NCBI GenBank assembly: GCA_030704615.1
Contig: CM060732.1
Location: 63,922,001-63,986,000 of the forward strand
Source of the DNA: Takakia lepidozioides
Taxonomy: Eukaryota; Plantae; Bryophyta
Reading direction: 5' to 3'
Length of the DNA: 64,000 nt
Part shown: piece after piece, positions 47,300 through 60,887 of the stretch
Layout of the letters: every line of letters starts with the position of its first letter
Numbering within the stretch: position 1 is the first letter of the stretch
Made by a program: the position numbers and the translations under genes
Notes under the pieces: generated by a model
Told to the model about the DNA's origin: nothing
Databases searched by the model: none
What the model saw: the letters and a program-made list of their open reading frames with translations, nothing else

Positions 47300-50200
47300 A
47301 TGACTGATTGTTCTGAGCGGGCTGAGTGCTTAGAGATTTCCAACTCTTCTATCTTGGAGTTCCCGCCTCGGATAGCGAAGGGATGGGTGAGTAAAAGTCG
47401 CGCGACATTTGGCGACCATATTGGGGAACTGGGTCATGAACAACCAGATGTGACAGGCATCTGGTGGGATCATGGTGGATGGAGAATTAAAGAATTTGAT
47501 GTGAATCAAATTCCTTGTGAAACTGAGAAGGAAAGATTGTCCAAACGATTCTTTCAGAGGTTCTTGGAATTGCCAGACGGTTGTAAAGAAAACATTCTTA
47601 AGAGAGTGCATGATGCTGACCCTGAGTGGGGTCTGGAGAAAGGAGTGATAAAGATTTATCAGGTGGCCTGTAGAGGAAGAGCACGTTGGTTACCAACACT
47701 GGTTTATGTGATAGCATTGCTATCCATTAAGCGAGTAGAGTTTGAAGGCTGGGAGGAAAGAAAGGTGAATGTTTATACTCATATGCATGAAGAGCTTGTA
47801 CTAGTAAAGAATTGGATTCCAAAGGATATTTTGTGGATCAAACTCACACTAAGAACAGCTTTCCAGACTTGTTTGCCATATGGTTATATGGTAACGGAGA
47901 CTTCTAGTATAGCCAAGGGTGCATTGAAGCTTGAAAGAAACCCAGGCATATACGAGAGATATTACAGAAGAGAGTTTTGGTTATTGCCACATTAAAAGAA
48001 ATGAAAGACATGGGACATGAGTGATGAAAGATAAGCTAGACTCCAGAGATATTCAGCAAAAAGAGAAAGCTATCTGAAAGCTAATTATCCATATCTTTGG
48101 GAGAGAGGAATAGACATAGGGGAATCATCTGGACCTCTCACACCAGTAAGATCAGGGAGTACATCACCCATACCGGAAAAACTAGAGTTGGATGCCACTC
48201 CTTCTTTTTCTTTGCAAGAAAGATTAAGGGAATTGGTACGGGAAGAAGATCAATCACGAGGTGAAAGATCTGAGGTACATCCCTGGATAAAAGATTTGAC
48301 AGAAATCTTTGATAAGAGTTGGCATGGAACACCAAAAGCAGGAACTCCAGCTTCTGAAGTGGAGGCTGAAGAAGGAGGAGAGGATGTGGCAGAGCCAACG
48401 GAGAGTTCAGACTCTCCAACACCATTGCAGTTGAGTTACATGAGTGAAGAAGAAACCCAAGGGCAGAAGTTGGAGGATGAAAATAGAGAGAGGAAATTGG
48501 AAGAGGAAGAGTATGAAGAAGTAGACCCAACAGCTGAGGTTGAGACTACAACCAGGACATCCCAACCTATTGGACCTGGATCAAGTGGAGCACTTGGATC
48601 ACAGGCCAACGACGGTGTCGGCTCAGGGGGATCAGGCGGGCTGCCTGGATCTGGCTCTGGGGGGACAGGGAGTGTAGGAAGTAATGCAACTAGAGCTGGG
48701 AATACTGTGAATATCGTGGGGCCAGTAGCAAAAAGTGCTCAAGGGCCACCACTTGGTGGAAGATCCACCACTACAACAACAGGTCCTGAAGGACCAGCAC
48801 CAGCAAGGGTGCCAGCACCTGTCAGTGGGTAGAAGGTAGGGCCACAGATGGCGTTACAACCAACACGGGCAAAACCACCTTTTCCAATATATTCAGGAAA
48901 AGGGGATCCCGATGTACACACTAGCCAATTTGAGCACATGTGTATAGTGAACAATGAGAATGGCGATGATGCCAAGATGAGATTGTTTCCTTGTTCACTT
49001 ATCAAGAAAGCAAGTGAATGGTATGCAAGATTCCCTGATAATCATTTCCTAACCTGGAATGGCTTGAATACAGCATTCCGAAATAGGTTCAGGACAAGTA
49101 AAACTGAGGATGAAGTGTATGGAAGTTTACAACAGTTAAAGCAAAAGAAGCATGAAACTGTTGAGGAGTATATGGAAAAGATGGAATTGATGATGAAAAA
49201 GCTGGCTGCTGTACCAGCACCAGGTTTACAGAAGACTTGGTTTGTGAGTGGACTAAGACCAAAGTTGCAAAAGAAAGTGGATATGTTACCCCATAATACA
49301 GTGGAGGAGGCATTTGAAACTGCAAACAGAATTGAGCAATTGGGAATGCTCAGGAGAGAGAAAAGGGATGATGAGGACTCTGAGGATGAGTCAGATGAAG
49401 AAGAAGAGCAAGAACTAAAAAGGAAGAGTAAGAGAACGGAGAAGTTGAAAAGGGATAACTATGAGAAAAGATTAGAAGAAATCTTGAAGAAGTATGCCAC
49501 AGAGGCTGCAACACATTGGAGGAAGGGTGTATGGTGTGCAAAGTGCCAGAATGAAAGCCATACCACCACTGAATGCCACATGAAGGAGAAACACTGTACT
49601 ATCTGTAAAATGGATAACCATTCTACTGAGAATTGTTACTACAACAGAAGGACAACTGCAAGAGAACCTAGGCAAGTAAGGGTGCATCAGGTGCAGCCCC
49701 AGCCAAGAAGAAACAATGATCAGGACCACTATGGTAGGTCTGGTGGTTATAACAATGGCATGGAAGGGAGGGGTAATTCAAGAGGGAATTACCAAGGAAA
49801 TTTCAGAGGCAACTATCAGGGTATTCCAAGGGGGAATTACCAGCCCGAGAATCAGGATTACAGAAATAATCCAAGAGCAGACCAAGGGCGAGGACCCAAT
49901 GGTGAAGAACTGTGTTACTATTGTAATCAGCCAGGACATCGCAAGGCAGCCTGTTCATTCTAGATTAGACACCAGAATGAGATGAGAGCTCCTGTGAATG
50001 AGGGCCCAGTGGTGGCAGCTCACATGGTTAGGCCATGTGTTGTACCAGAAGTAAGTACAATGATAGTAACAAGAAGCAAAGCCAAACTAATACCTCCAGT
50101 AGTTGAGGAAGATGATGATAATGAAGGTGGCAGTGATATGCCTAAAGATGATGAGGCTTGGAGAGATGAGAAGGAACTGCACAAGGAAGTGGCAGACACC

Positions 50201-52240
50201 ATAAGGGAAATGCAAAAGAGTACTGATATTCCTGTGGCAGATTCCTCTGATTCTGATGGAGAAGAAGAAATGAGTGAGGATGAAAGGAAGAAAGAAGCTG
50301 CAGACATGCAAAGTAATGAAGGGACTTTGGCTGAAGTAATATGCCAAACCAAAGCAGAGATTACCATTGGACAGCTATTGGCTGTGGCACCTTATTGTAG
50401 ACACAGGCTGTATCAAGCGATCCATCGAATTGCCCAGGAGACAGGAAACACAGACCTGAACAGCAAGGTAACCAGTTATAATGTGAAGCCGGAAGGGCGA
50501 GAAACAGTCATGGACTTTGATGATTCTATGCCAGTAATCCAATTGAGAATTGGAAGCACAGAACTAACTGATGTACTGATAGATGGAGGCTCTGGAGTAA
50601 ATATCATGACAGACCAATTAAGAAAGAAGCTTGGTCTAAGTAACATGAAACCAGCCCCATTTACAGTAACAATGGCAAATCAAAGGAGTGTACAGCCATT
50701 GGGATTGATAAGAGGAGTTAAGATACAGATACAAAAGATGATCTTTATGATCACAGTAACTGTGTTGAAGATGGATGAAGTCATGGAGGCTTACTCCTTA
50801 TTATTGGGACGTCCGTGGCTGAAACAGGCCAGGGTATTCCATGACTGGAATTCTCAGTTACTAACCGTGCATAATGGGATGCACGAGATACAAATTACCA
50901 CAAAGACATCTAGTACATTACCTGCTATGAGAAGACCTCGAGGGGTCAGAGAGTATAACTGGAGAGGAGGACTGGATGAGGAGCAGGAAGCTACCATGTT
51001 TGCTGCACACCCAGAGTGGGAGCAGGTTGCAGAGATGCGGCTGGAAGGCCTAAGTTGTTTAAGAGGTATCTGCTGTGGTGTAGTGTCAGCAACACCAACT
51101 GAAGAGGAAACCAACAGTTACCCATCACATTTCTATGAAGAAAGAGAAGGAGAAATGGAAATCCTAGAGGAACCAGCCACTGTGAGTTTACAGGATGAAG
51201 TGGTGACTGGTTGGACAATCACAGCTGATGAGCATGTGAGGGAAGTGAATGTGGGAACTAAAGAGGAACCAAGGATGGTGAAGGTAGGAGCTGATTTGGA
51301 GCCAGAATTCTTTGAAGAAGCTAAGAGTTTGTTCATCAAATACAGAGATGTATTTGCTTGGAACTACGAGGATCTAAAAGGGATACCACCTGAGATCTGT
51401 CAGCATAAGATTGAACTGGAACCAGGATCAGTACCAATCAAGCAGGCAAAGTACAGAATGAATCCCAACTATGCACAGAAGGTTGGAGAAGAGATCAAGA
51501 AGTTGGCTGAGGCTAAGTTTATATACCCAATAGAGTATACAACTTGGTTGTCACCCATTGTGATAGTTCCCAAGAAGAATGATAAACTAAGAGTTTGTGT
51601 GAACTATAAGAAGCTGAATGCTTGTACGAATAAAGATCCTTTCCCTTTGCCATTCACAGAAGCAGTATTGGACACTGTGGCAGGCCATGCGATGTACTCA
51701 TTCATGGATGGCTTTAGTGGTTATAATCAAGTGCAAGTGGTAGAAGAAGACCAAGGAAAGACAGCTTTCATCATAGACTGGGGTGCTTATGCATACAAAG
51801 TCATGCCCTTTGGACTTTGTAATGCACCAGCAACCTTTCAGAGAGTGATAAGTGAATCTTTTCATGAGTATCTGGATGATTTCATGCAGGTGTTCTTGGA
51901 TGATTTCAGTGCGTACAGCTCTAAGAATGAGCACTTGCATAAATTGGAGTTATGTCTGGCCAAATGCAGGATGGGAGGTCTGGGCCTGAATCCAGAGAAG
52001 TGTACTTTCTGTGTGAACTCAGGGGTGTTTCTGGGACACATTGTGTGTAAGAGGGGACTTCTTGTGGATCCCAGGAAAACAGAGGCCATTAAAGCCTCTC
52101 CACCACCAGTGAATGTTAAGAGTCTAAGGAGATTCCTTGGACAAACCAGCTATTACAGAAGATTTGTCAGACGGTATGCACAGATAGCAGCACCATTGAG
52201 CAAACTTCTGAAGAAAGATGCAATGTTTGCATGGACACCT
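47300..52240 (+). pseudogene. Ty3/Gypsy polyprotein (N-terminal extension, gag, protease, RT), truncated by an insertion
   Basis: Gag: YSGKGDPDVH, LKQKKHETVEEY, knuckle CYYCNQPGHRKAAC. Protease: LIDGGSGVN, LLLGRPWL. RT: MDGFSGYNQ, MPFGLCNAPATFQR, FLDDFS. ORFs 47300, 48188, 48848 and 49982 share one frame. Confidence 0.92.
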
Positions 52241-52926
52241 TGTCGTGCGCATACATATCGCTACACAACTACATCGCTATCCAAAAACCACACAACACAT
52301 GTGCACACCACACACTAGTATACCACTAGTCCAGCCACTAGTCCAACCACTAGGCTACAACTAGTCAGTCACTAGGCTGCCACTATGCTGCCCACTATGG
52401 CAGTCATTAGTCCACACAATGATAAAGAAGAAGAATACAAGCACAAGCTCATGCGAGCTCACAAAGCTGAAGCATAAACTCAGGCATATATAACCTCATC
52501 ACTCAAATACAAGTCAAGCCAAGTGCACCCCACGCCATGGGGAATCCACACTACGGCGCCATAGCTAGGCGCGGTGAGGCTCAACTCGAGAAAGATGAGC
52601 CTTCCGCGCTTGCCGTGAAGATAACCACTCCAGGGCCTAAATCTGCCTTGACCCCTGGATTGACACTTGGGCCAATCCCAAATGTCAATATGTAAAAGCT
52701 AGCTATTTCCTAGCTAGTTTCACACTAGTGGTAAAATAACTTGACAGCTGTCGTGCGCATACATATCGCTACACAACTACATCGCTGTCCAAAAACCACA
52801 CAACACATGTGCACACCACACACTAGTATATCACTAGTCCAGCCACTAGTCCAACCACTAGGCTACAACTAGTCAGTTACTAGGCTGCCACTATGCTGCC
52901 CACTATGGCAGTCACTAGTCCACACA
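52241..52926 (-). mobile_element. 3' LTR of a second Gypsy element, with a 178-bp direct repeat at both ends
   Basis: The minus strand starts TGTGTGGAC directly after a PPT-like CTAGGGGGGCGAT (52927-52939) and ends CGACA. Segments 52241-52418 and 52749-52926 are nearly identical. Confidence 0.8.
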
Positions 52927-53186
52927 ATCGCCCCCCTAGCTGGTGCTTAGGTCCCTCTAAGTCCAGGTAGCCACAAGATGTGATAGTGACCATAGCCTCA
53001 CTAAGTCCTCCACCACTATCCCTACTACACTCAAACTCGATAGATCAAGAGGCCGGGTGCAAGAGTTGCCCCATCGTTAGTCGCCGTCTTGCAACCTGTG
53101 AACTTGAGCTTGGGATCTCATGTATTGACTCCTATGAGCTTGGCCTCCCATGTCTTGTTAGCTGCCTCCAGTCATGTCCACTGCCA

Positions 53187-55200
53187 CTATCCCAAGCAGT
53201 GTGGACACAACCAATCTCCGTCAGGAACCTTCTCAAGAGGTGGTGTCAAGCATCCCATATGCCAACCCCTTGAGCATCGATCACACACCAGCATGGTGGC
53301 TGCCCCTTTGGCAGACCCACAGAGCATGCACCTCAAACCTGCAGGTACCACTGCAAAGTTTGGGTCAACTCTACCATCAACATTGGGAAGGTGACATGGC
53401 GCACAATTACGCACATGGTCCTCCCAAGTCATGCCATCCCGACCCTCCAAGATCAGGACCCCTGAGGGCAACACCTCTCGAACCCTCAGAATAACACGCC
53501 CTGCAGTAACATCCAGAGTCGTAGGAGCAGTCTGCTGCAAATAAACATAGTCACCAGGGCTAAACCTCCGAACCCCAGGACGATATCCTCCACCACGTAT
53601 AGTGGCATATCTCAACGTATCACGGTGTTGTGCAATGGCAAGGTTCTCAAAAGCCATGGGCATGACTTTCTTGAACAACTCTGCACGCTGATCACATACA
53701 CGTACCCACACGTCCGGGTCGTCAAGGTTAAGGACTTGAGCAGTGTCCCTACGAATGGCTGCAGGCAAATCCGGCTCTCGGCCAAAGAGAAGGAAATATG
53801 GTGAGAAGGAGGCAAGTGATGCTTGTTTGCTGAACCTGTAGCCCATGGCTAACCAAGGAACCTGAAGATCCCAATCTCCTAGGTATCCCTTCTGCAAGCC
53901 ATACTTGCGCAAACCCCTCTTCACCGTCTGAACAACTCTCTCTGCTAAGCCATCGGCCTCAGGATGATCCCGAGAAGTGGTGCGGTGGTCTATCAAGGCT
54001 TTATCACACAAAGCCTGAAACTCCCCCAAAAACTCTCTCCCTTGGTCCGTGAGTACCTCAGCTGGAGCACCAAATCGGCTAAGCACACGATCCAAGGATG
54101 CATACGCAGCCCCCTCACTAGCCTTGTCAGGCAATGGAACCAACTCAATCCACTTGGAGAAATGCTCCACCATCACCAACACATATCTGTGGTGGCGCAT
54201 AGTCAGTGGCAACGGTCCTGCGAAGTCAAGACTCCACCTGTAGCCCAATCCCATGATTGGTAAAGGATGCAACTGTGGTGTAGGGGCGTTGAATGAAGCA
54301 CGCACCCTGTCACACACCATGCACCTAGCCACGAACTGTTGCACCTCTGTATGCATACCACGCCACCAATACTGCCCCTGCAGTAAACTGTGAGTGCGTC
54401 GCACTCCAAAATGCCCCAACTCCTCATGGGCATGCCACACTAACCATGCACGCTGTGTGGGGTGAGGCACAATCCTCACCCGACCATCCTCCCACACTCG
54501 AAGTAGGTGTATCCCCTCCCACTTGAACCTCTTGGCTCGTTGCAGGATCCGATCCCTCTCCCTGGCAGTCACAATGGCTGCCGTGTCTCCCGTGCGGAGG
54601 TAGTCCAACACAGCCGAATCCTCATGTATATCTCTGGCACCACCTAGTTCATCACTAGCCTCAGGATCCTCAGACACTCCGTCTATAGTCATCCATGTTG
54701 TAGGTCCAATCTGACCTCCCGATGCCAAGATACACAAAAATGCAGATGCGTGCCATCTTGGCACCATCTCCTCGTCCGTCTCACCATGCCACCGAGCTCC
54801 AGTGTCATCCTGCTGGCTCATGCACGGATTGCGACTCAATCCATTCGCATCCCGATTGACCAAACCCGGTCGATGCACAACCTGAAAGTCATACTCCTGG
54901 AGTATAAGTGCCCACCGTGCAAGCTTCCCCGTAAGCTTGTCTGACTCCATCAACCACTTGAGTGGCTGGTGATCCGTGACAAGGGTTAAAAGATTGCCGT
55001 ATAGATAGCACTTGAAGTGTGCCATGGCCCACACTGCAGCTAAGCACTCTCCCTCATATGAGCTGTACTTAGCCTCTGCAGCGTTGTTCGAGCGGCTAGC
55101 GTAAGCCACTACGAACTCTCTTCCCTCATCATCCACCTGTGTGAGCACCGCTCCAAGCCCCAGAAAATTCCAATCCGTATGCAGCTGAAAGGGATGCCCC
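53187..55200 (-). mobile_element. Gypsy pol 3' half: RNase H, integrase and C-terminal PHD finger (5' part missing)
   Basis: FQLHTDW, VAYASRS, LVTDHQPLKWL; HEELGHFG...CMVC; WSLDFAGP, LTDQGREF, GLAERVV; CMLC...CDRCSRGWHMGCLTPPLEKVPDGDWLCPHC. Confidence 0.92.
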
Positions 55201-55204
55201 CCCG

Positions 55205-55450
55205 GGGGTGTGCATTGTCCAATTGTGCCCACTCCTCATCGTCTTCGTCTGCAGGTCCATCTCCAATCCACACCCGAAATGCTTCTTGTCTTTTGTGGTG
55301 AAGGAGATGTGTGCGCACACCGTCCTCAGATCTACTTGTAGTGCCCAAACAACGTTCACATGGGCATGGCATCCTTGAAAGCCCAAGGGCTCGGGCACGT
55401 GCCACTTCTCTTTCCCACAACCTGTCATCTCGGGTGTTCTGTCTACAGGG
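55205..55450 (-). pseudogene. First exon of another EnSpm-like Tnp2 (transposase-associated Zn domain), truncated
   Basis: DDRLWEREVARARALG...CPCERC...VRTHLLHH aligns with DEKLWRLEEAHAIAQG...CNCRIC...KKHLTKY at ~28530. Confidence 0.6.
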
Positions 55451-57809
55451 GTGATTAATTGGAAGTCCTTCGCATGGGCGAGGGGAACTCATTTTTGTTG
55501 GGGAGCCTCTTCAATGCAGTTTGTGCACGCCGTTGCAGGGGGCCGGATTCTCCTTTGCAGAGACTCCTCAATTTGGCTCTGCCACTCCCATTTCACTACC
55601 GTCAATTCCCTCCTCCTGCAATCTCAATTTGAAAGGTTCAGCCGCACATCCTTTGGCAGAGAAGACAGTTGACATTTTATACCAACTGGTAGATTCCAGA
55701 ACATGATGGAAAGTTATACTCCCATTTAAAAGCCATCAAGATGCTTCCCATCATATTTAGAATCTTTTCAACAAGACACTGAGAGAAATGACCAAAATCG
55801 ACTAAAACAACGATATCCTGGAAAACCACCTGTCTCTACAGTTCGTGTGTGTGTGAGGAATCGGAGGACGTACATGGAATTTCAATTTTCACGATTCAGA
55901 ACGTTGTGATCTTGGGCATATGGTTGAATGTGTATGAAATGTGTGCATTGAAGTGTGAACAACCCGACTACAAGGCCAGAACTTGCGCCACTTGTCTTAG
56001 GCCATAATGAGTGAACTCCACTCATCGGCGGTCATCGTCTGCACAATTTCCGGCTGCATCGATTCGTCTCTCAAAATCACATTACGATCAAAAGTTTGTA
56101 GTAGGGGGTAGTTCGCCCAATGCCACCCTCAGCGGAAGAGCGAGACGGATTGAGGAATAATGTATTGGAAGGTCGAATTCCATCACGGATTCGGCCGCGA
56201 TCTCCAAATCAAGTTTCGGCGGTCAATCTCGTTCCGTTGCCTTGAAATTGCACCGTGGCGGGAAGGGAGTCCATTTGTGTGGCTCTATCACCATGGCGGG
56301 AAGGGGAGCATGTTAAGAATGGAGCATCGCCCTGCCATTTCACTCATTTGCAGTTTGCAGCTTCTTCCACCATCTTTCCTACTTAATTGTGATTCTTGCA
56401 ATGTTGCCCTTGAGACGGCAGCTGCAAGTGACCGGATCCTTTGATCGTCGCCTTCAAAGACACTTACGTGTAGCAGATCGCAGACCCTTAAATGCCTGGA
56501 GAGAAAGCCAGACGACAGTCAATGCATGCACGATTGTTTTGCACTGGTTGGGACGGAGTGGGGTGCAGAGGAGGCGTGCTGTGCCGAAGTTCGCATGCCT
56601 AGCATCCTGCAGCCGGCGGCTTTTGCACGTTGGGCAGCAGTACCCTCTGTTGTATGATTACCATTTGTGGTACAGACTCACCGGCCTCCCCTGTCCACTT
56701 GGGTCTTGGGACAGTGACTTATGGAGTATGTAGACAGAGTTGCATGTCGCGCAGGTACACCAAAATCTCCCATGCAATTCTCCTTCCATTTCTCATTCAT
56801 GCTTGCATGTGATCCACGGGGTAATTTCCATGTTCTCCCAGCTGATGTGGGTTCGCAAATTCTCGGTGTGCAGGTGTGTGTGTGAGGACCTCAACCTGGC
56901 ATGGTGCGATGGGTGTCGAATGGACCCTTCTCTGCGATGGGAGAACCACTACAGTTGAGTTTGTTTTTGCTGAATCATTTGGCAGAGCACTATGTTCACT
57001 TCTCACACATCATGCGCATTTTCTCCAAGAATGCATGTAAAGCGGAGCCATACACGGCATCATTGCAGTGTGTTTCCTTCGCCTAATTTTGAACGAAATA
57101 AAGTTAACGGATCCATGTCAGTTGTGTGAATCACTACATCTAGTTGTCTGGAGGATTGTAAGTGGTTATTTTGAAACGTCTCAAAGTCGAAAAGGCCATA
57201 GTGTCAGATGCACGACACGTGTTCCTATTTGAAATCAACAACGGCCGGATCTTCACTACAGATCGGGGGGGTGTGTGATCACACTCCCCTCCTTGTCCTT
57301 CTTTCCTCCTTTGCATGTCTTGGTCTTCCTCGCTCGTCTTTCTCTTGGTCATGGTCTATGTCCTCGCTCGTCTTCATCTTTGTCATGGTCTATGTCCACG
57401 CCTAGTAAGAAGCGCTCGACCGCCAAGGTAGCATCACCTCCTCCCACTTCCGCACATTCCAGCCCCGCGGTGCAAAGGAGCCCCTGCCTGGCTCGACTGA
57501 ATCCGCAAAAGATGGCCTCGGTGCGAGAGGGAAGGCGGCACGGTGGGCGGTCTTCGAGTTCAGATTCTGACACAAGCGAGTATAGCATGGGCGATGACGA
57601 TGACGTGGAGGACAGTTCGGCGGAAACTGCATCTCCATCTGCAGAGTCTCTCCAAAAGGTGCACAAACGGCACAAACCCGCTGCGCATGAGGTGAGTTCT
57701 ACCCCTACTTGTGTTCATGTTTTCTGGGCGTTGAGTTCTCCTCAAACTGAAACTGGGATGCACATATCCATAAAGTTGTTCAAACAGGAAGGGCAAAACG
57801 CTGAGTCTC

Positions 57810-58005
57810 ACTAAATTGTTCTCGTACTGAGGGATTAACTTTGAGGTCAAGAAAACCTTGCTTTGTCGCGTCATTGGACTTGCCTTGGAGTACGCATTTG
57901 CTATATGGGTTGATAACTCCAACGAGGCTAGGTCTGCAGAATCCTTCCAAGTGGGGGTGCTTAAGGAGTGGATGTCCGCATGCTCCAAAACAGCCAATGT
58001 GGCTG
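57810..58005 (+). mobile_element. Short LINE ORF2 fragment
   Basis: 57842-57967 closely matches 60760-60887 (CCTTGGAGTACG...GGGGGTGCTTAAGGAGT). Confidence 0.75.
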
Positions 58006-59256
58006 TTCGGGGTTCATGGAATCATAGGTAATCTGGAGCTTGAAGTCCAGCCCTCTTGGATGAACCTGGACCCGCACTCTATCCCTGCTCCTTCAGCTAT
58101 CCATGCCTCTGCACAAATCATGCATACTGCATCCTTGCCTTACTGCTAGCACCTGACAATGACAGCCTAGATTTGTTCTAGGAAACACCTAACTCAACTT
58201 ATCACACTAGTTCATATGGTCAATTGCATCTGCTACTCTTTGTAATCCAACAAGCATTCACCTTTTTGCCTCGATTGTCCCGCCATTGCCTGGGGTCAGA
58301 AAAGTATCAGAATTCAACATGAAAATTTAGGGCCAATTCTGATAAGAGGGAAAAACAGGGTGAAATCCCCGGGGGGTGCACTCCTCATTAAATGTACCAG
58401 CCACGTGCGTGCACAGGAGGGGGTATTTTAAACCCCCCCATGTACAACATTATACATACAGAGGGGGGTTTAAAACACCTTAAATATAATTTTACAGGAA
58501 GGGGTTGTTGAGTTTTTAGGGATAGTGTAGTGGTAAGAATGGCGATTCCGCCGCGATGCATCCCGGGATTGAATCGTGGAATCGTCGTTTTGTATGTTTG
58601 TTTTTTTTTTTTTTTCGCTCCACGATCTTTCTCCCCTGACCTCCCGCGGCTTTCTCTTTTCTTTCTCCTCCTCTCCCGCGTTCGCCTTCCCTTCCGCGGG
58701 CTTTCTCTTTTTCCTCCTCTCCTCTCCCCTCCTCTCCACAGGGCATGGTAGGACAATGTGGTGAGGGCACCAGAATGTGGTGAGGGCACTGACTTGGGAG
58801 AAGGTTTGAGGTTGTGATGTATGTAGAGGGCAGGAATCGAAGGGGATGAAGTAAGTGCGCGGGAATGTGGGGCAGGCCTGGGCTGATCGGTGATGATATG
58901 CGGGTGTGGTGGTGGATTGTTGTGCAACAATGACAGGAGGACATGGGCATCAAGATTCCCAGTCATCAGAGGTAATGAGCACATTAGGCCTATTTTCTTT
59001 CCTAATAATGATTGGCGTGACACAATGGTTGTACTCACTGTATCAGGCCTATTCTCATCCTTATTGAATCCAAACAGCCAGAGGGACAAGATGCCCCTAA
59101 GTGTACAGAACCTGAACGTCCCGAATCTGAAGGATTTGGTACTCAAGAGTTTACACAAGACGAGCAAAATCTACACATGGGGTAACTGTCCCCCCTTTGC
59201 AGAACGGTTGGGCGTCCAGGAGCAATCCCAAGCTACCTAGAGGACAAACAATTCAC

Positions 59257-60887
59257 ATGCAAAGGGCTGGCTTGCGGCTGGCCACTTTCAACTTCTCAGG
59301 GCTTACTAACCAAAGGAAACAACTCGAAGTGGGACAAGTCCTTCGGACTAATGATATTCATATCTGTGCTGGGCAAGAAACATGGGAAACTTCGGATAAA
59401 CTGGTTGGAGATGTCAATGGTTATAAATGGGCAGGTAGGATGTGTACTCTCAAGGCAGCCTCTGCCAAACGCGGTCAAAAAGGGGTTGGATTCTTTGTCC
59501 GTGATTTCTTGTTTGATAATTGTGAAATTATCAACAAGGGTTTGAGGTACGAACATAGTATCTGGCTAAAACTGAATCTGAAGGGCGGCATGAGTACGAA
59601 GGACCTCTTTGTGGGTTGTGTTTACATGCCCACAGAGGGGACCCTTAGTGCTGACGCAGACAAAGCCTTTGAAGATGTAAAGCTGGACTGTGCTTCGTTC
59701 CTTGCCAAAGGTCAGGTAGTGCTATTGGGTGACTTCAATGCCCGGGTGGGCAAAGGGCTCCATCAGGACGATATCATTGGGCCTTTTGGTGAGGACGAGC
59801 CCTCTATAAAGAGTGCTGCAATTTGAAAACCAACAGAGAATTGTGGGCGAGGTACTATCAGCTCCGGAAAGATATCAATCAGCTTGTTAGGTCTCAGAAG
59901 AAATTATACTGGGATAAGTTATACAGTGAAATAAACTCAAACCACCATGGTGGTAATGACAAGAAATTATGGTTGGCCCTTCAACGTTTGTACAAGCCTA
60001 AAAACGGTCAGCAAGTACAAGCGCTGAAGACTACTAAAGGTGCAGTGGTGACTTCATCGGTTGACATTGTCAAAACCTTTGAAAATCACTACAGTATCCT
60101 TGGCAGAACTTCTAGGTCTAACAGTGAGGGCTCTTCTGCTGAATGGAGGGACACAGTTGGAAAAATTGTTCCTATGATTCAAAACAGCCCTGATGAACTA
60201 GAGTATATTTCAATGGCTTATAACGCTCCCATTAGTTCTTCTGAGATTGTGGAAGCAATTGAACATTTAAATGGATATAAAGCTGGTGGACCTGATGGTA
60301 TTGTCAACGAGCTTATCAAGCACGGTGGCGATCCCATGATAGAGGCCCTAGTTCTCCTCTTTAACCTTATCTGGAAGACTGAAATGATCCCCTTTCGCTG
60401 GCGACAGGGGGTCATTGTCAGTCTATACAAGAAGGGTGACAGAGAAGAACCGGGGAACTACCGTGGCATCACACTCAGGAGTTGATTAATTGCGCGAAGA
60501 GATACTTTGATCTTTGGGGGCTAGAGGCTAATGTCAGCAAATGTGCAGTGGTAGCATTCAACGACAGAGGAGAGGGAGGAAGTGATCTTAAGTGGCAGTG
60601 GGGTAGCCAAGAGATCCCGGTCCTCCCTTCCTACACTTACCTGGGCGTTGAGTTTTCCTCCAATTGTAATTGGGATGCACATATCCGGAAAGTTGTTCAA
60701 ACTGGCAAGGGCAAAGCTCTGGGGCTCACTAAATTTTTCCATTGCAGAGGGGTCATCTCTGAGGTTAAGAAAACCATGCTTTGTCGCGTTATTAGACCTG
60801 CCTTGGAGTACGGATCTGCTATATGGGTTGATAACTCCAACCAGGCTAAGTCTCTAGAATCCATTCAAGTGGGGGTGCTTAAGGAGT
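59257..60887 (+). mobile_element. Internally deleted LINE ORF2 (APE endonuclease plus RT flanks)
   Basis: ATFNFSGL, GQETW, GVGFFV, GCVYMP, LLGDFNARVG; KAGGPDGIVNELIK...LYKKGDREEPGNYRGITL; then NVSKC, YTYLGV, IRPALEYGSAIW. The RT core with the YADD motif is absent. Confidence 0.88.

Noticed and set aside
49961-49963. Programmed gag-pol stop-codon readthrough
   Set aside because: The context TAG-ATT-AGA lacks the CARYYA signal, and four other in-frame stops indicate mutational decay.
58388-59167. 259-aa minus-strand ORF
   Set aside because: It is a low-complexity translation of CT-rich sequence with no recognisable motifs.
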